NCBI GenBank assembly: GCA_964600695.1
Contig: CAZRKK010000002.1
Span: 5,354 to 69,353, forward strand
DNA from: an uncultured Candidatus Saccharibacteria bacterium
GTDB taxonomy: Bacteria; Patescibacteriota; Doudnabacteria; UBA920
Direction of reading: 5' to 3'
Length of the DNA: 64,000 bases
Part shown: positions 57,290 through 64,000 of the stretch, piece after piece
Layout: every line of letters starts with the position of its first letter
Numbering within the stretch: the first letter of the stretch is position 1
The notes under the pieces: model-generated
Seen by the model: only the letters and a program-made list of their open reading frames with translations
Told to the model about the DNA's origin: nothing
Databases searched by the model: none
Program-made: the position numbers and the translations under genes

Positions 57290-57721
57290 ATGTTCATTGG
57301 AGAATACAACGCATCAATCGATGATAAAGCTCGGGTAATTATCCCGGCTAAGTTTCGATCTGATTTAAAAAATAAAGTTGTAGTTACTCGTGGTTTAGAT
57401 AATTCGTTGGTTCTGTATACATTAGACGAATGGAAGAAGCTTGCAGAAAAATTGGCTAGTCTCCCAATTTCTACTGCCAACACACGTGCTTTTTCTCGTC
57501 TAATGCTTGCAGGAGCAATGGACTGCGAAATCGATAAGCAGGGCCGAATCATCTTGCCGGGGTACTTAAAACAGTATGCCAAGATCAACAAAAAAATGGT
57601 CTTCGCTGGTCTTTATTCCCGCATTGAATTGTGGAGTGAAGAACTCTGGACTAAGTACAAGACACAAACAGAAAAACAAAGTAATCAAATTGCAGAACAG
57701 TTAGGTGACTTAGGGGTATAA
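57290..57721 (+). CDS. mraZ: Transcriptional regulator MraZ
   Basis: MFIGEYNASIDDKARVIIPAKFR; two MraZ repeats (DxxGR). Confidence 0.9.
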   Translation: MFIGEYNASIDDKARVIIPAKFRSDLKNKVVVTRGLDNSLVLYTLDEWKKLAEKLASLPISTANTRAFSRLMLAGAMDCEIDKQGRIILPGYLKQYAKINKKMVFAGLYSRIELWSEELWTKYKTQTEKQSNQIAEQLGDLGV

Positions 57722-57723
57722 AC

Positions 57724-58698
57724 ATGACACCTAAGAAATACACCCATATCCCAGTTCTTTTAAATGAAGTACTCGAGCTATTAGATCCTAAACAAAATAA
57801 AAATTATGTGGATTCAACTTTGGGCGGCGGCGGTTACACAGAGAAGTTACTTGAAGCTAATGCCCCGAATGGCAAAGTACTATCGATTGACCTTGACCAA
57901 GCGGCGCTAGACAATGCTAAAGAAAGATTTTCTAAAGCAGGGGATAGGCTGACATTGGTTCATGGAAACTTTAGAGATTTTGATAAGTTGATCAATCATC
58001 ACGAATTTAGCGGGATTGCAGGAATAGTAGCCGACATAGGATTATCTAGCTATCAGTTAGATGAATCCGAGCGGGGGATATCTTTCCAAAAGAAAGAATT
58101 ACTCGATATGCGGTTTGATAGTTCTAGTGATCAACCAGATGCTAGATTTTTACTTCACCATCGTTCTGTAGAAGAGTTAACCAAAATATTCCGAGATTAT
58201 AGCGAAGAAAAGCATAGCTACAAGATTGCTCAGAATATAGCAAAAGCCTTGGATAAAGCTCGAAGCGAGCATGGAAATACTAACGAAGTTCTAAAGTATA
58301 CAACTGACTTAGTAGAAATTATTCAAGATTCGCTCCCAAAGCCAGAAAAACATCGATGGACAGATACCGCTCGCAGAATTTTTCAGGCCTTAAGGATAGA
58401 AGTTAATCATGAGCTGGTTAACCTCGAGACATTTCTCCCCAAAGCTTTCGCTTTATTAGAACCAGAGGGTAGGCTGGCAGTAGTAACCTTTCATTCCTTA
58501 GAAGATAGAATAGTAAAAAAGTATTTTAAAGAATTAGCCACTGGATGTATTTGTCCGCCAGAATTTCCAATTTGCAAATGTGGATTAACTCCTCAAGGAA
58601 AAATATTAACCAAAAAAGCAGTTACAGCAACCGAGGAAGAACTAGAGCATAATCCACGGGCTAAATCTGCCAAGCTCCGAGTAGTCCAAAAATTGTAA
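57724..58698 (+). CDS. rsmH: 16S rRNA (cytosine1402-N4)-methyltransferase
   Basis: HIPVLLNEVLELL ... VDSTLGGGGYT ... FHSLEDRIVKK. Confidence 0.9.
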   Translation: MTPKKYTHIPVLLNEVLELLDPKQNKNYVDSTLGGGGYTEKLLEANAPNGKVLSIDLDQAALDNAKERFSKAGDRLTLVHGNFRDFDKLINHHEFSGIAGIVADIGLSSYQLDESERGISFQKKELLDMRFDSSSDQPDARFLLHHRSVEELTKIFRDYSEEKHSYKIAQNIAKALDKARSEHGNTNEVLKYTTDLVEIIQDSLPKPEKHRWTDTARRIFQALRIEVNHELVNLETFLPKAFALLEPEGRLAVVTFHSLEDRIVKKYFKELATGCICPPEFPICKCGLTPQGKILTKKAVTATEEELEHNPRAKSAKLRVVQKL

Positions 58699-58739
58699 AC
58701 AAAAATCTAAAACCTAAATAAAAATTTAAATCAAAACAA

Positions 58740-59159
58740 ATGTTCAAATCCGCAGCCTTATCTTTTATAGCCCCCCGCGTTAGTTCAAAAATAAAAACTC
58801 AAACCACACCTACTGTTAAAGCCGCAACCATTACTTGGGCAGGTACACGTACTAAGTCCAAATCTGTGGATGTTTTGTCTGGTAATGTAGTTCCTTTAAC
58901 CGCGGTCTTGTTAGTTGTTGCTATTGGTGGAATGATGGCTCTGCATTTATTTTGGATCAACACTTATTCATCTAAAGGTGCTCAATTGAAAAAAGTTCAG
59001 ACTTCCATAGCCGAACAGACAGAAATTCAAAAGAAATTACTAGTTAAGCAATCCTTATTAAACTCTACTGTAAGTTTGAGTGATTTAGAAAATACCGGTT
59101 TGGTTCCTGTAACCGAAGCGGAAAATTTAGTTAGTAATACTTTTGCACAGGCCAAATAA
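58740..59159 (+). CDS. FtsL-like single-TM cell-division protein
   Basis: 139 aa, one TM (LTAVLLVVAIGGMMALHLFWI), coiled region; position between rsmH and ftsI. Confidence 0.45.
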   Translation: MFKSAALSFIAPRVSSKIKTQTTPTVKAATITWAGTRTKSKSVDVLSGNVVPLTAVLLVVAIGGMMALHLFWINTYSSKGAQLKKVQTSIAEQTEIQKKLLVKQSLLNSTVSLSDLENTGLVPVTEAENLVSNTFAQAK

Positions 59160-59186
59160 TAGGCCATATCACTAAAATAATTTATC

Positions 59187-60917
59187 ATGGTTGCAGCGCA
59201 AGCTTCATTTGAAAAAGTTTTTAAAAAGAGAATAGTCTTCCTGGCTGTTTTTTTCATTTTCTGCTTGTTACTGATAATTGCGCGATTAGCTTACATGCAA
59301 CTTTTCCGCCAATCATACTACAAGGCGATGGCGAATAATCAGCATTTAGGTGAACAGACCATTTTACCAACTAGGGGTGAGATTTTAATACAAGACAGTT
59401 TCACTGGCCAACCATACACAGTCGCGACATCAGACGAAAAAATTCTAGTGTATGGCAATCCGAGTGAGATTACAGACATGGGAGCGGTTCTCGATAAGCT
59501 TTCGCAGATTTTAAAAATTGATCGAGCTGTATTAGAAGAAAAATTAAAAGATTCTGAAAAACACTACATTGTTCTAAAGAAAGATTTGAGCGAAGAGGAA
59601 GAACAGCAGATTAAAGATGCCAAGCTTGCAGGTGTAAATTTTGATAAAGAAACTTCACGCTTATATCCAGAAAGTACGATGTTGGCCCAATTGTTAGGAT
59701 TCGTAGGTTATAAGGGTGATCAGAAACAAGGTGTTTATGGCTTAGAGTCCGCCTACGATAAAGAATTGGCTGGATCGGCTGGGACTTTGTTGCAAGAAAA
59801 AGATAATAGCGGCAGTTGGATTTTTGGAGGGAAGAGAGATCGGATCCCTGCTAAAGATGGGGATTCACTCCTTTTGACAATTGATAAATCTATTCAGTTA
59901 AAGGTGGAGGCTGTTCTTAAAGAGACTGTCGAAAAACATGGAGCAGATAGTGGAAGTGTGGTAGTTATGGATCCTAAGACAGGCGCGATTCTGGGAATGG
60001 CTACATATCCAACCTTTGATCTAAACACTTTTTCTAAGGTCAGTGACCCAGAGATTTATAACAATCAAGTTGCTTTGGGAGCTTATGAGCCAGGTTCAAT
60101 TTTTAAACCATTAACAATGGCTGCTGGAGTTAATGAAGGGTTGGTTTCGGCTAGTACCACTTTCGTTGATACTGGTGAGGTTAATGTTGATGGCTACACA
60201 ATTAAAAACTCTGACGAAAAAGCCCATGGTACTCAGACAATGAGTCAGGTTTTGGAGGAGTCATTGAACACAGGTACTGTGTTTGTTCAAGATAAAGTTG
60301 GAAACAAAAAGTTTTTAGAATATATTAACAATTTTGGATTTGGAAAGAAGACTGGCTTTGAAACTCCAGAAAGCGCTGGAGACTTAGGAAATTTAAAAGG
60401 TAATATCCAAGTCAACTATGATACCGCTAGTTTTGGACAGGGGATTAGTGTAACTCCACTGCAGTTAGTTCAAGCTTTTTCTAGTTTAGCTAATGGCGGT
60501 GTTATGACTAAGCCTTATGTTGTTAAGCAAATTATCAGAGAGAATGGAAAAGTGGAAGACGTTGCAAAGACCGAAAAGAAACAAGTTATTTCTGCTAAAG
60601 CGGCTAGTGAAGTTGCGGCAATGATGGTCAATGTGGTAGAAAAAGGCCATGGTAAAAAAGCCGCCGTATCTGGGTATTATGTAGCAGGAAAAACTGGAAC
60701 AGCTCAAGTGCCATTGAAGAATGGAAAAGGTTATGACCCAAATAATAATATTGGTTCCTTTATTGGATTTGCTCCTGTAGAAGATCCTAAATTTGTAATG
60801 TTAGTTAGGGTCAATCATCCGCGCAGTGTTAAATTCGCAGAGAGTACAGCCGCACCAGCGTGGGGTTCTATCGGTGCATTTTTACTCCAGTATTTTAAAG
60901 TGCCACCAACTCGTTAA
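59187..60917 (+). CDS. ftsI: Class B penicillin-binding protein (FtsI/PBP2-type transpeptidase)
   Basis: SIFKP (SxxK), SLN, KTGTAQ. Confidence 0.85.
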   Translation: MVAAQASFEKVFKKRIVFLAVFFIFCLLLIIARLAYMQLFRQSYYKAMANNQHLGEQTILPTRGEILIQDSFTGQPYTVATSDEKILVYGNPSEITDMGAVLDKLSQILKIDRAVLEEKLKDSEKHYIVLKKDLSEEEEQQIKDAKLAGVNFDKETSRLYPESTMLAQLLGFVGYKGDQKQGVYGLESAYDKELAGSAGTLLQEKDNSGSWIFGGKRDRIPAKDGDSLLLTIDKSIQLKVEAVLKETVEKHGADSGSVVVMDPKTGAILGMATYPTFDLNTFSKVSDPEIYNNQVALGAYEPGSIFKPLTMAAGVNEGLVSASTTFVDTGEVNVDGYTIKNSDEKAHGTQTMSQVLEESLNTGTVFVQDKVGNKKFLEYINNFGFGKKTGFETPESAGDLGNLKGNIQVNYDTASFGQGISVTPLQLVQAFSSLANGGVMTKPYVVKQIIRENGKVEDVAKTEKKQVISAKAASEVAAMMVNVVEKGHGKKAAVSGYYVAGKTGTAQVPLKNGKGYDPNNNIGSFIGFAPVEDPKFVMLVRVNHPRSVKFAESTAAPAWGSIGAFLLQYFKVPPTR

Positions 60918-60995
60918 AGTTAAGCATTCTTCCTATTTGACAATATTGCTAGATTCGATACAGTATAGGCGTCAGACTATTCTAAAATAAGGAGG

Positions 60996-61319
60996 TTGAT
61001 TATGAATAGTACCGAAATTGCTAGGGTCAAAAGGCGTTTTGATAAGAAGAGAGTAAGACATCACAAACCTTTGTTGATGGTAACCAGGGAAGATTTGAGG
61101 TCTGTGAGGATCATTGGTAACGAAGTTATTCATCTAACTGATTTACCCGAAGGTGTTTACGAGGTTAGGGTTATAGCCAATCCAGATCGTTCTAAGCGTC
61201 GCAGAGGAACGAGTTGGGTGGTTACTCTCAGAAATAAACGGCTAATCGGAGCCGCAAAAAGCTACTTTAAGAGTTTAGTTCGAGATGGGGTAATCGAATT
61301 TTATGTCGAGAAGCGGTGA
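60996..61319 (+). CDS. Small basic Arg/Lys-rich hypothetical protein with atypical AGG/AGA codon usage
   Basis: 107 aa; strong RBS aaggaggttgattATG; terminator hairpin at 61319-61352. Confidence 0.5.
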   Translation: MIMNSTEIARVKRRFDKKRVRHHKPLLMVTREDLRSVRIIGNEVIHLTDLPEGVYEVRVIANPDRSKRRRGTSWVVTLRNKRLIGAAKSYFKSLVRDGVIEFYVEKR

Positions 61320-61352
61320 GCATGAAGGAATTATAAACTTCATGCTTTTTCT
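61319..61352 (+). terminator. Intrinsic terminator
   Basis: gagcatgaag-gaattataaa-cttcatgctt + T-run. Confidence 0.65.
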
Positions 61353-61394
61353 ATTTCCACAAGTTGAGTTTTTAAGCTAAAATGGAGTAAAGAG

Positions 61395-63521
61395 ATGAAC
61401 TTCAAAAATATTTTTTACTGGGTCAGAAAATCAACTTTGCTGTTAGTTGTAACAGTGATTTTTGGATTTGGTTCGGTGTTCTTAGTTATCGGCTTAGCCT
61501 CTGGTGCCTACCTGATTGCTGTGAATTCATCTTTGCCAAACTATCAAGAAATCGAAAATCGTAACGTACCAGAATCAAGTAAATTATATTCACGTGACGG
61601 AACTTTATTGTATGAGTTTTACGGTGAGTACAAACGTTCTAAAGTTTCTTTGGATAAAATTTCCCCAACACTAAAAAATGCTACCATCGCTATAGAAGAT
61701 AAAGATTTTTACAATCATGGAGCTATTTCTTTACCATCGATTGCCAGAGCCATGCTTGCGAACTCTAAGTCCGGTGCTGTTTCTCAAGGGGGAAGCACTA
61801 TCACTCAACAGTTTGCTAAGAATGCTTTATTAGATAGGCAAAAACTATACAGTCGCAAAGTCCGCGAAGTTTTACTTGCCTATAAAATTGAATCACATTT
61901 TAGTAAAGATGCTATTTTAGAATTATATTTAAATGAAATTCCTTACGGGCGTAATAGCTATGGCGCCGAAGCTGCAAGTAAAACTTATTTTGGAAAATCT
62001 GCCACCGAGTTAAGCTTAGCCGAAAGTGCTTACTTAGCTGCATTACCTCAAGCTCCAAGTTTCTATAGTCCAACCGGTGCGAACACAGAAGCATTGGATA
62101 ATCGTAAGGATTTGGTTTTACAAAAAATGTTTGAGCAGGGCTATATCTCCGAACAAGATATGTATCAAGCTAAAACAGCTCAAGTGGCTTTCTTGCCAGC
62201 AACTAATAAAATGATTGCCCCATATTATGTGTCTTGGGTTCGTAACTATTTAGTAGATAAGTATGGAACAGAATTCTTAAAAGAAGGTGGTCTAAAAGTA
62301 TATAGTTCCTTAGATTTAAATTTACAAAAATTAGCCGAACAAGTTGTTAAAGAAGGAGCAGAAATCAACAAAACTAAATATCGAGCTTACAATGCTGCTA
62401 TCGTTGCCGTTGATCCTGTCACTAACAAGGTCGTGGCTATGGCCGGTGGAAAAGATTATTTTGGTGAAGCCGAACCTAGTGGTTGTAAAGTAGGGAAGAA
62501 TTGTAAATTTGAACCTAATGTTAACGTTGCATCGAGTATGCGTCAGCCGGGGAGTAGTTTTAAGCCTTACGCTTATTTAACTGCTTTCAAACCAGAATTT
62601 GGTTACACACCACTATCAAAAGTTTTGGATGTACCAACATCTTTTGGAACAGCTGGTGGACGACCATATATTCCACGAAACTATGATGGTTCTTCTCATG
62701 GTTTGATTACAATTCGAAAAGCATTGGCTGGGAGTTTGAATGTTCCTGCTGTTCGTACGTTGGCTGCTGTGGGAGTAGAAAATGTTGTGGCTACCGCAAA
62801 AAGTCTAGGCATCACATCACCCTTAAAGAATTGTGGATTGTCTTTGGTTTTGGGTGGATGCGAGGTTCAACTAGTTGATCATGTCACAGCATTCTCTGTG
62901 TTAGCTAATGGTGGAAAAGGGGATCTTAGTAGTCCATTTATCAGAATCGAAGACAAACACGGCAAAACTTTAGAGTCATCAAGTGGTAATCCAGAGCAGA
63001 TTGTAAATCCAGAAGCAGTATATGAATTAATAAGTATTATGACGGATGATCTATCACGTCAATATGTTTTTGGAAAGAAAAACCCTTTAACTTTACCAGA
63101 TCGAGTTGTTGCGGCTAAGACTGGAACTACTCAAAATTGGAAAGATGGATGGACATTAGGTTTTACTCCTCAATTAGCAGTTGGTGTTTGGACTGGTAAC
63201 AACGATAGTTCCTTAATGCGCGCTGGGGCTGATGGGGTATTTACTGCAGCACCTATTTGGCATAAATTTATGGAAGCTGCTATGGCTGGTCAGCCTGTGA
63301 AGGATTTTGAAGTTCCTGCTGGAGTTATTCAAGTAGCGTATGATATTTATTCTAATAAACCAGTTTCGAAGGATTCAAAAAATGTACGCATGGAGCCAGT
63401 GCCTTGGTACGCTTTACCAAAGGATATTCAAATTTCTGCTGCTCCAAAGAATTTACAGAAATCTTTAATAGGCCCAATTGGTCAAGTTGCAGGTGCAGTT
63501 ACTACCGAGCCTTCTCAGTAA
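61395..63521 (+). CDS. Class A penicillin-binding protein (glycosyltransferase GT51 + transpeptidase)
   Basis: GSTITQQFAKN (GT51), SSFKP (SxxK), KTGTTQ. Confidence 0.85.
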   Translation: MNFKNIFYWVRKSTLLLVVTVIFGFGSVFLVIGLASGAYLIAVNSSLPNYQEIENRNVPESSKLYSRDGTLLYEFYGEYKRSKVSLDKISPTLKNATIAIEDKDFYNHGAISLPSIARAMLANSKSGAVSQGGSTITQQFAKNALLDRQKLYSRKVREVLLAYKIESHFSKDAILELYLNEIPYGRNSYGAEAASKTYFGKSATELSLAESAYLAALPQAPSFYSPTGANTEALDNRKDLVLQKMFEQGYISEQDMYQAKTAQVAFLPATNKMIAPYYVSWVRNYLVDKYGTEFLKEGGLKVYSSLDLNLQKLAEQVVKEGAEINKTKYRAYNAAIVAVDPVTNKVVAMAGGKDYFGEAEPSGCKVGKNCKFEPNVNVASSMRQPGSSFKPYAYLTAFKPEFGYTPLSKVLDVPTSFGTAGGRPYIPRNYDGSSHGLITIRKALAGSLNVPAVRTLAAVGVENVVATAKSLGITSPLKNCGLSLVLGGCEVQLVDHVTAFSVLANGGKGDLSSPFIRIEDKHGKTLESSSGNPEQIVNPEAVYELISIMTDDLSRQYVFGKKNPLTLPDRVVAAKTGTTQNWKDGWTLGFTPQLAVGVWTGNNDSSLMRAGADGVFTAAPIWHKFMEAAMAGQPVKDFEVPAGVIQVAYDIYSNKPVSKDSKNVRMEPVPWYALPKDIQISAAPKNLQKSLIGPIGQVAGAVTTEPSQ

Positions 63522-63524
63522 ATT

Positions 63525-63560
63525 TTTTAAAAACCACCGTATTGAGCGGTGGTTTTTTGT
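63525..63560. terminator. Bidirectional intrinsic terminator
   Basis: A-run, ACCACCG-tattgag-CGGTGGT, T-run. Confidence 0.75.
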
Positions 63561-64000
63561 TTAAACTGATTTACGATATAGATAAACTGCCAAAGGCACA
63601 AAGACTACCAGAATTGCATCAATCCAAATAATTGAGTACCAGATATCCGGTGTAGATGGTAAGCCTAATGTTAGGTTGCGCACAGCATTTACGGTTACTG
63701 TGATAGGGCTGATTTTAGCAAAAGTTTGTAGCCAGTTTGGCATCGAGCTAATTGGCACAAAAATAGAACTTGCAAAAACTAAAGGAAACACCCAAATGAA
63801 TCCTGCTACTTGGGCAGTTTCAACATTTTTTACTAATAAGCCAATTGTGGCCGAGATCCAAGAAAAAGCGAATCCAAAAGCTAAAGTTAAACCAATTGCT
63901 GCTAAGGCTGCGCCAATTCCTTGGTTAAATCGATAGCCAATTAATAGTCCCACACCAACCATTAAGAACATGGTAAATAGATTGCGAGCCGTGTCAGATA
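63561..64000 (-). CDS. ABC-2 type transporter permease, C-terminal part (gene continues beyond window end)
   Basis: Hydrophobic helices; ABC-2 permease-like SPITVTVNAVRNLTLG; frame remains open to the window edge. Confidence 0.5.
   Translation of the reverse strand, partial: SDTARNLFTMFLMVGVGLLIGYRFNQGIGAALAAIGLTLAFGFAFSWISATIGLLVKNVETAQVAGFIWVFPLVFASSIFVPISSMPNWLQTFAKISPITVTVNAVRNLTLGLPSTPDIWYSIIWIDAILVVFVPLAVYLYRKSV

Noticed and set aside
58540-58600. Cys4 cluster (CICPPEFPICKCG) in the C-terminal region of RsmH as a novel zinc-ribbon insertion
   Set aside because: To my recollection a CxCPP...PxCxCG segment is present in RsmH/MraW orthologues of many bacteria (e.g. Firmicutes), so it is probably ancestral rather than novel; this would need an alignment to confirm.
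1-64000. Search for rRNA, tRNA, tmRNA, RNase P and CRISPR arrays in intergenic regions
   Set aside because: No intergenic segment showed cloverleaf-compatible structure, rRNA-like conservation or regularly spaced repeats; the intergenic regions here are short, AT-rich promoter and terminator spacers.

Overview
The window is low-GC, gene-dense, almost entirely + strand, with many SD-less leaders and extended -10 promoters. Its gene content is consistent with a reduced genome of Candidate Phyla Radiation type, perhaps Saccharibacteria-like; this is an inference only. Gene content by position: (1) 0.3-2.0 kb holds three small monocistronic hypothetical genes. (2) 2.2-13.4 kb holds a complete S10/spc ribosomal-protein operon, rpsJ to rplO followed by secY. 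It has no L30 gene, a zinc-type S14, and low-complexity extensions on L4, L23 and L22. (3) 13.4-23.6 kb is an accessory locus where adk, map, infA, rpsM, rpoA and the rest would normally follow secY. It carries an acidic disordered protein, a membrane-anchored ATPase of the VirD4/TraG type IV coupling-protein family, two compositionally foreign GC-rich membrane-protein cassettes each with a perfect consensus sigma70 promoter and an intrinsic terminator, a ~1200-aa protein translationally coupled to a small acidic partner, a 215-aa protein and a GtrA-like protein. (4) dnaX, a 544-aa exported hypothetical gene, and then one long co-directional central-carbon cluster: htrA, ruvX, galT, tpiA, rpiB, rpe, split transketolase with a polytopic membrane-protein gene inserted between its halves, a PfkB kinase, fba, gap, then pgk, eno, gpmI, recJ and rnhA. 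(5) murA, mreB, a dinB locus, a histidine kinase with a receiver-only regulator, and a SpoU-type methyltransferase. (6) A division/cell-wall cluster, mraZ, rsmH, ftsL-like, ftsI and a class A PBP, preceded by a phased GTGGG repeat array typical of MraZ operators. No rRNA, tRNA or CRISPR array was recognised.
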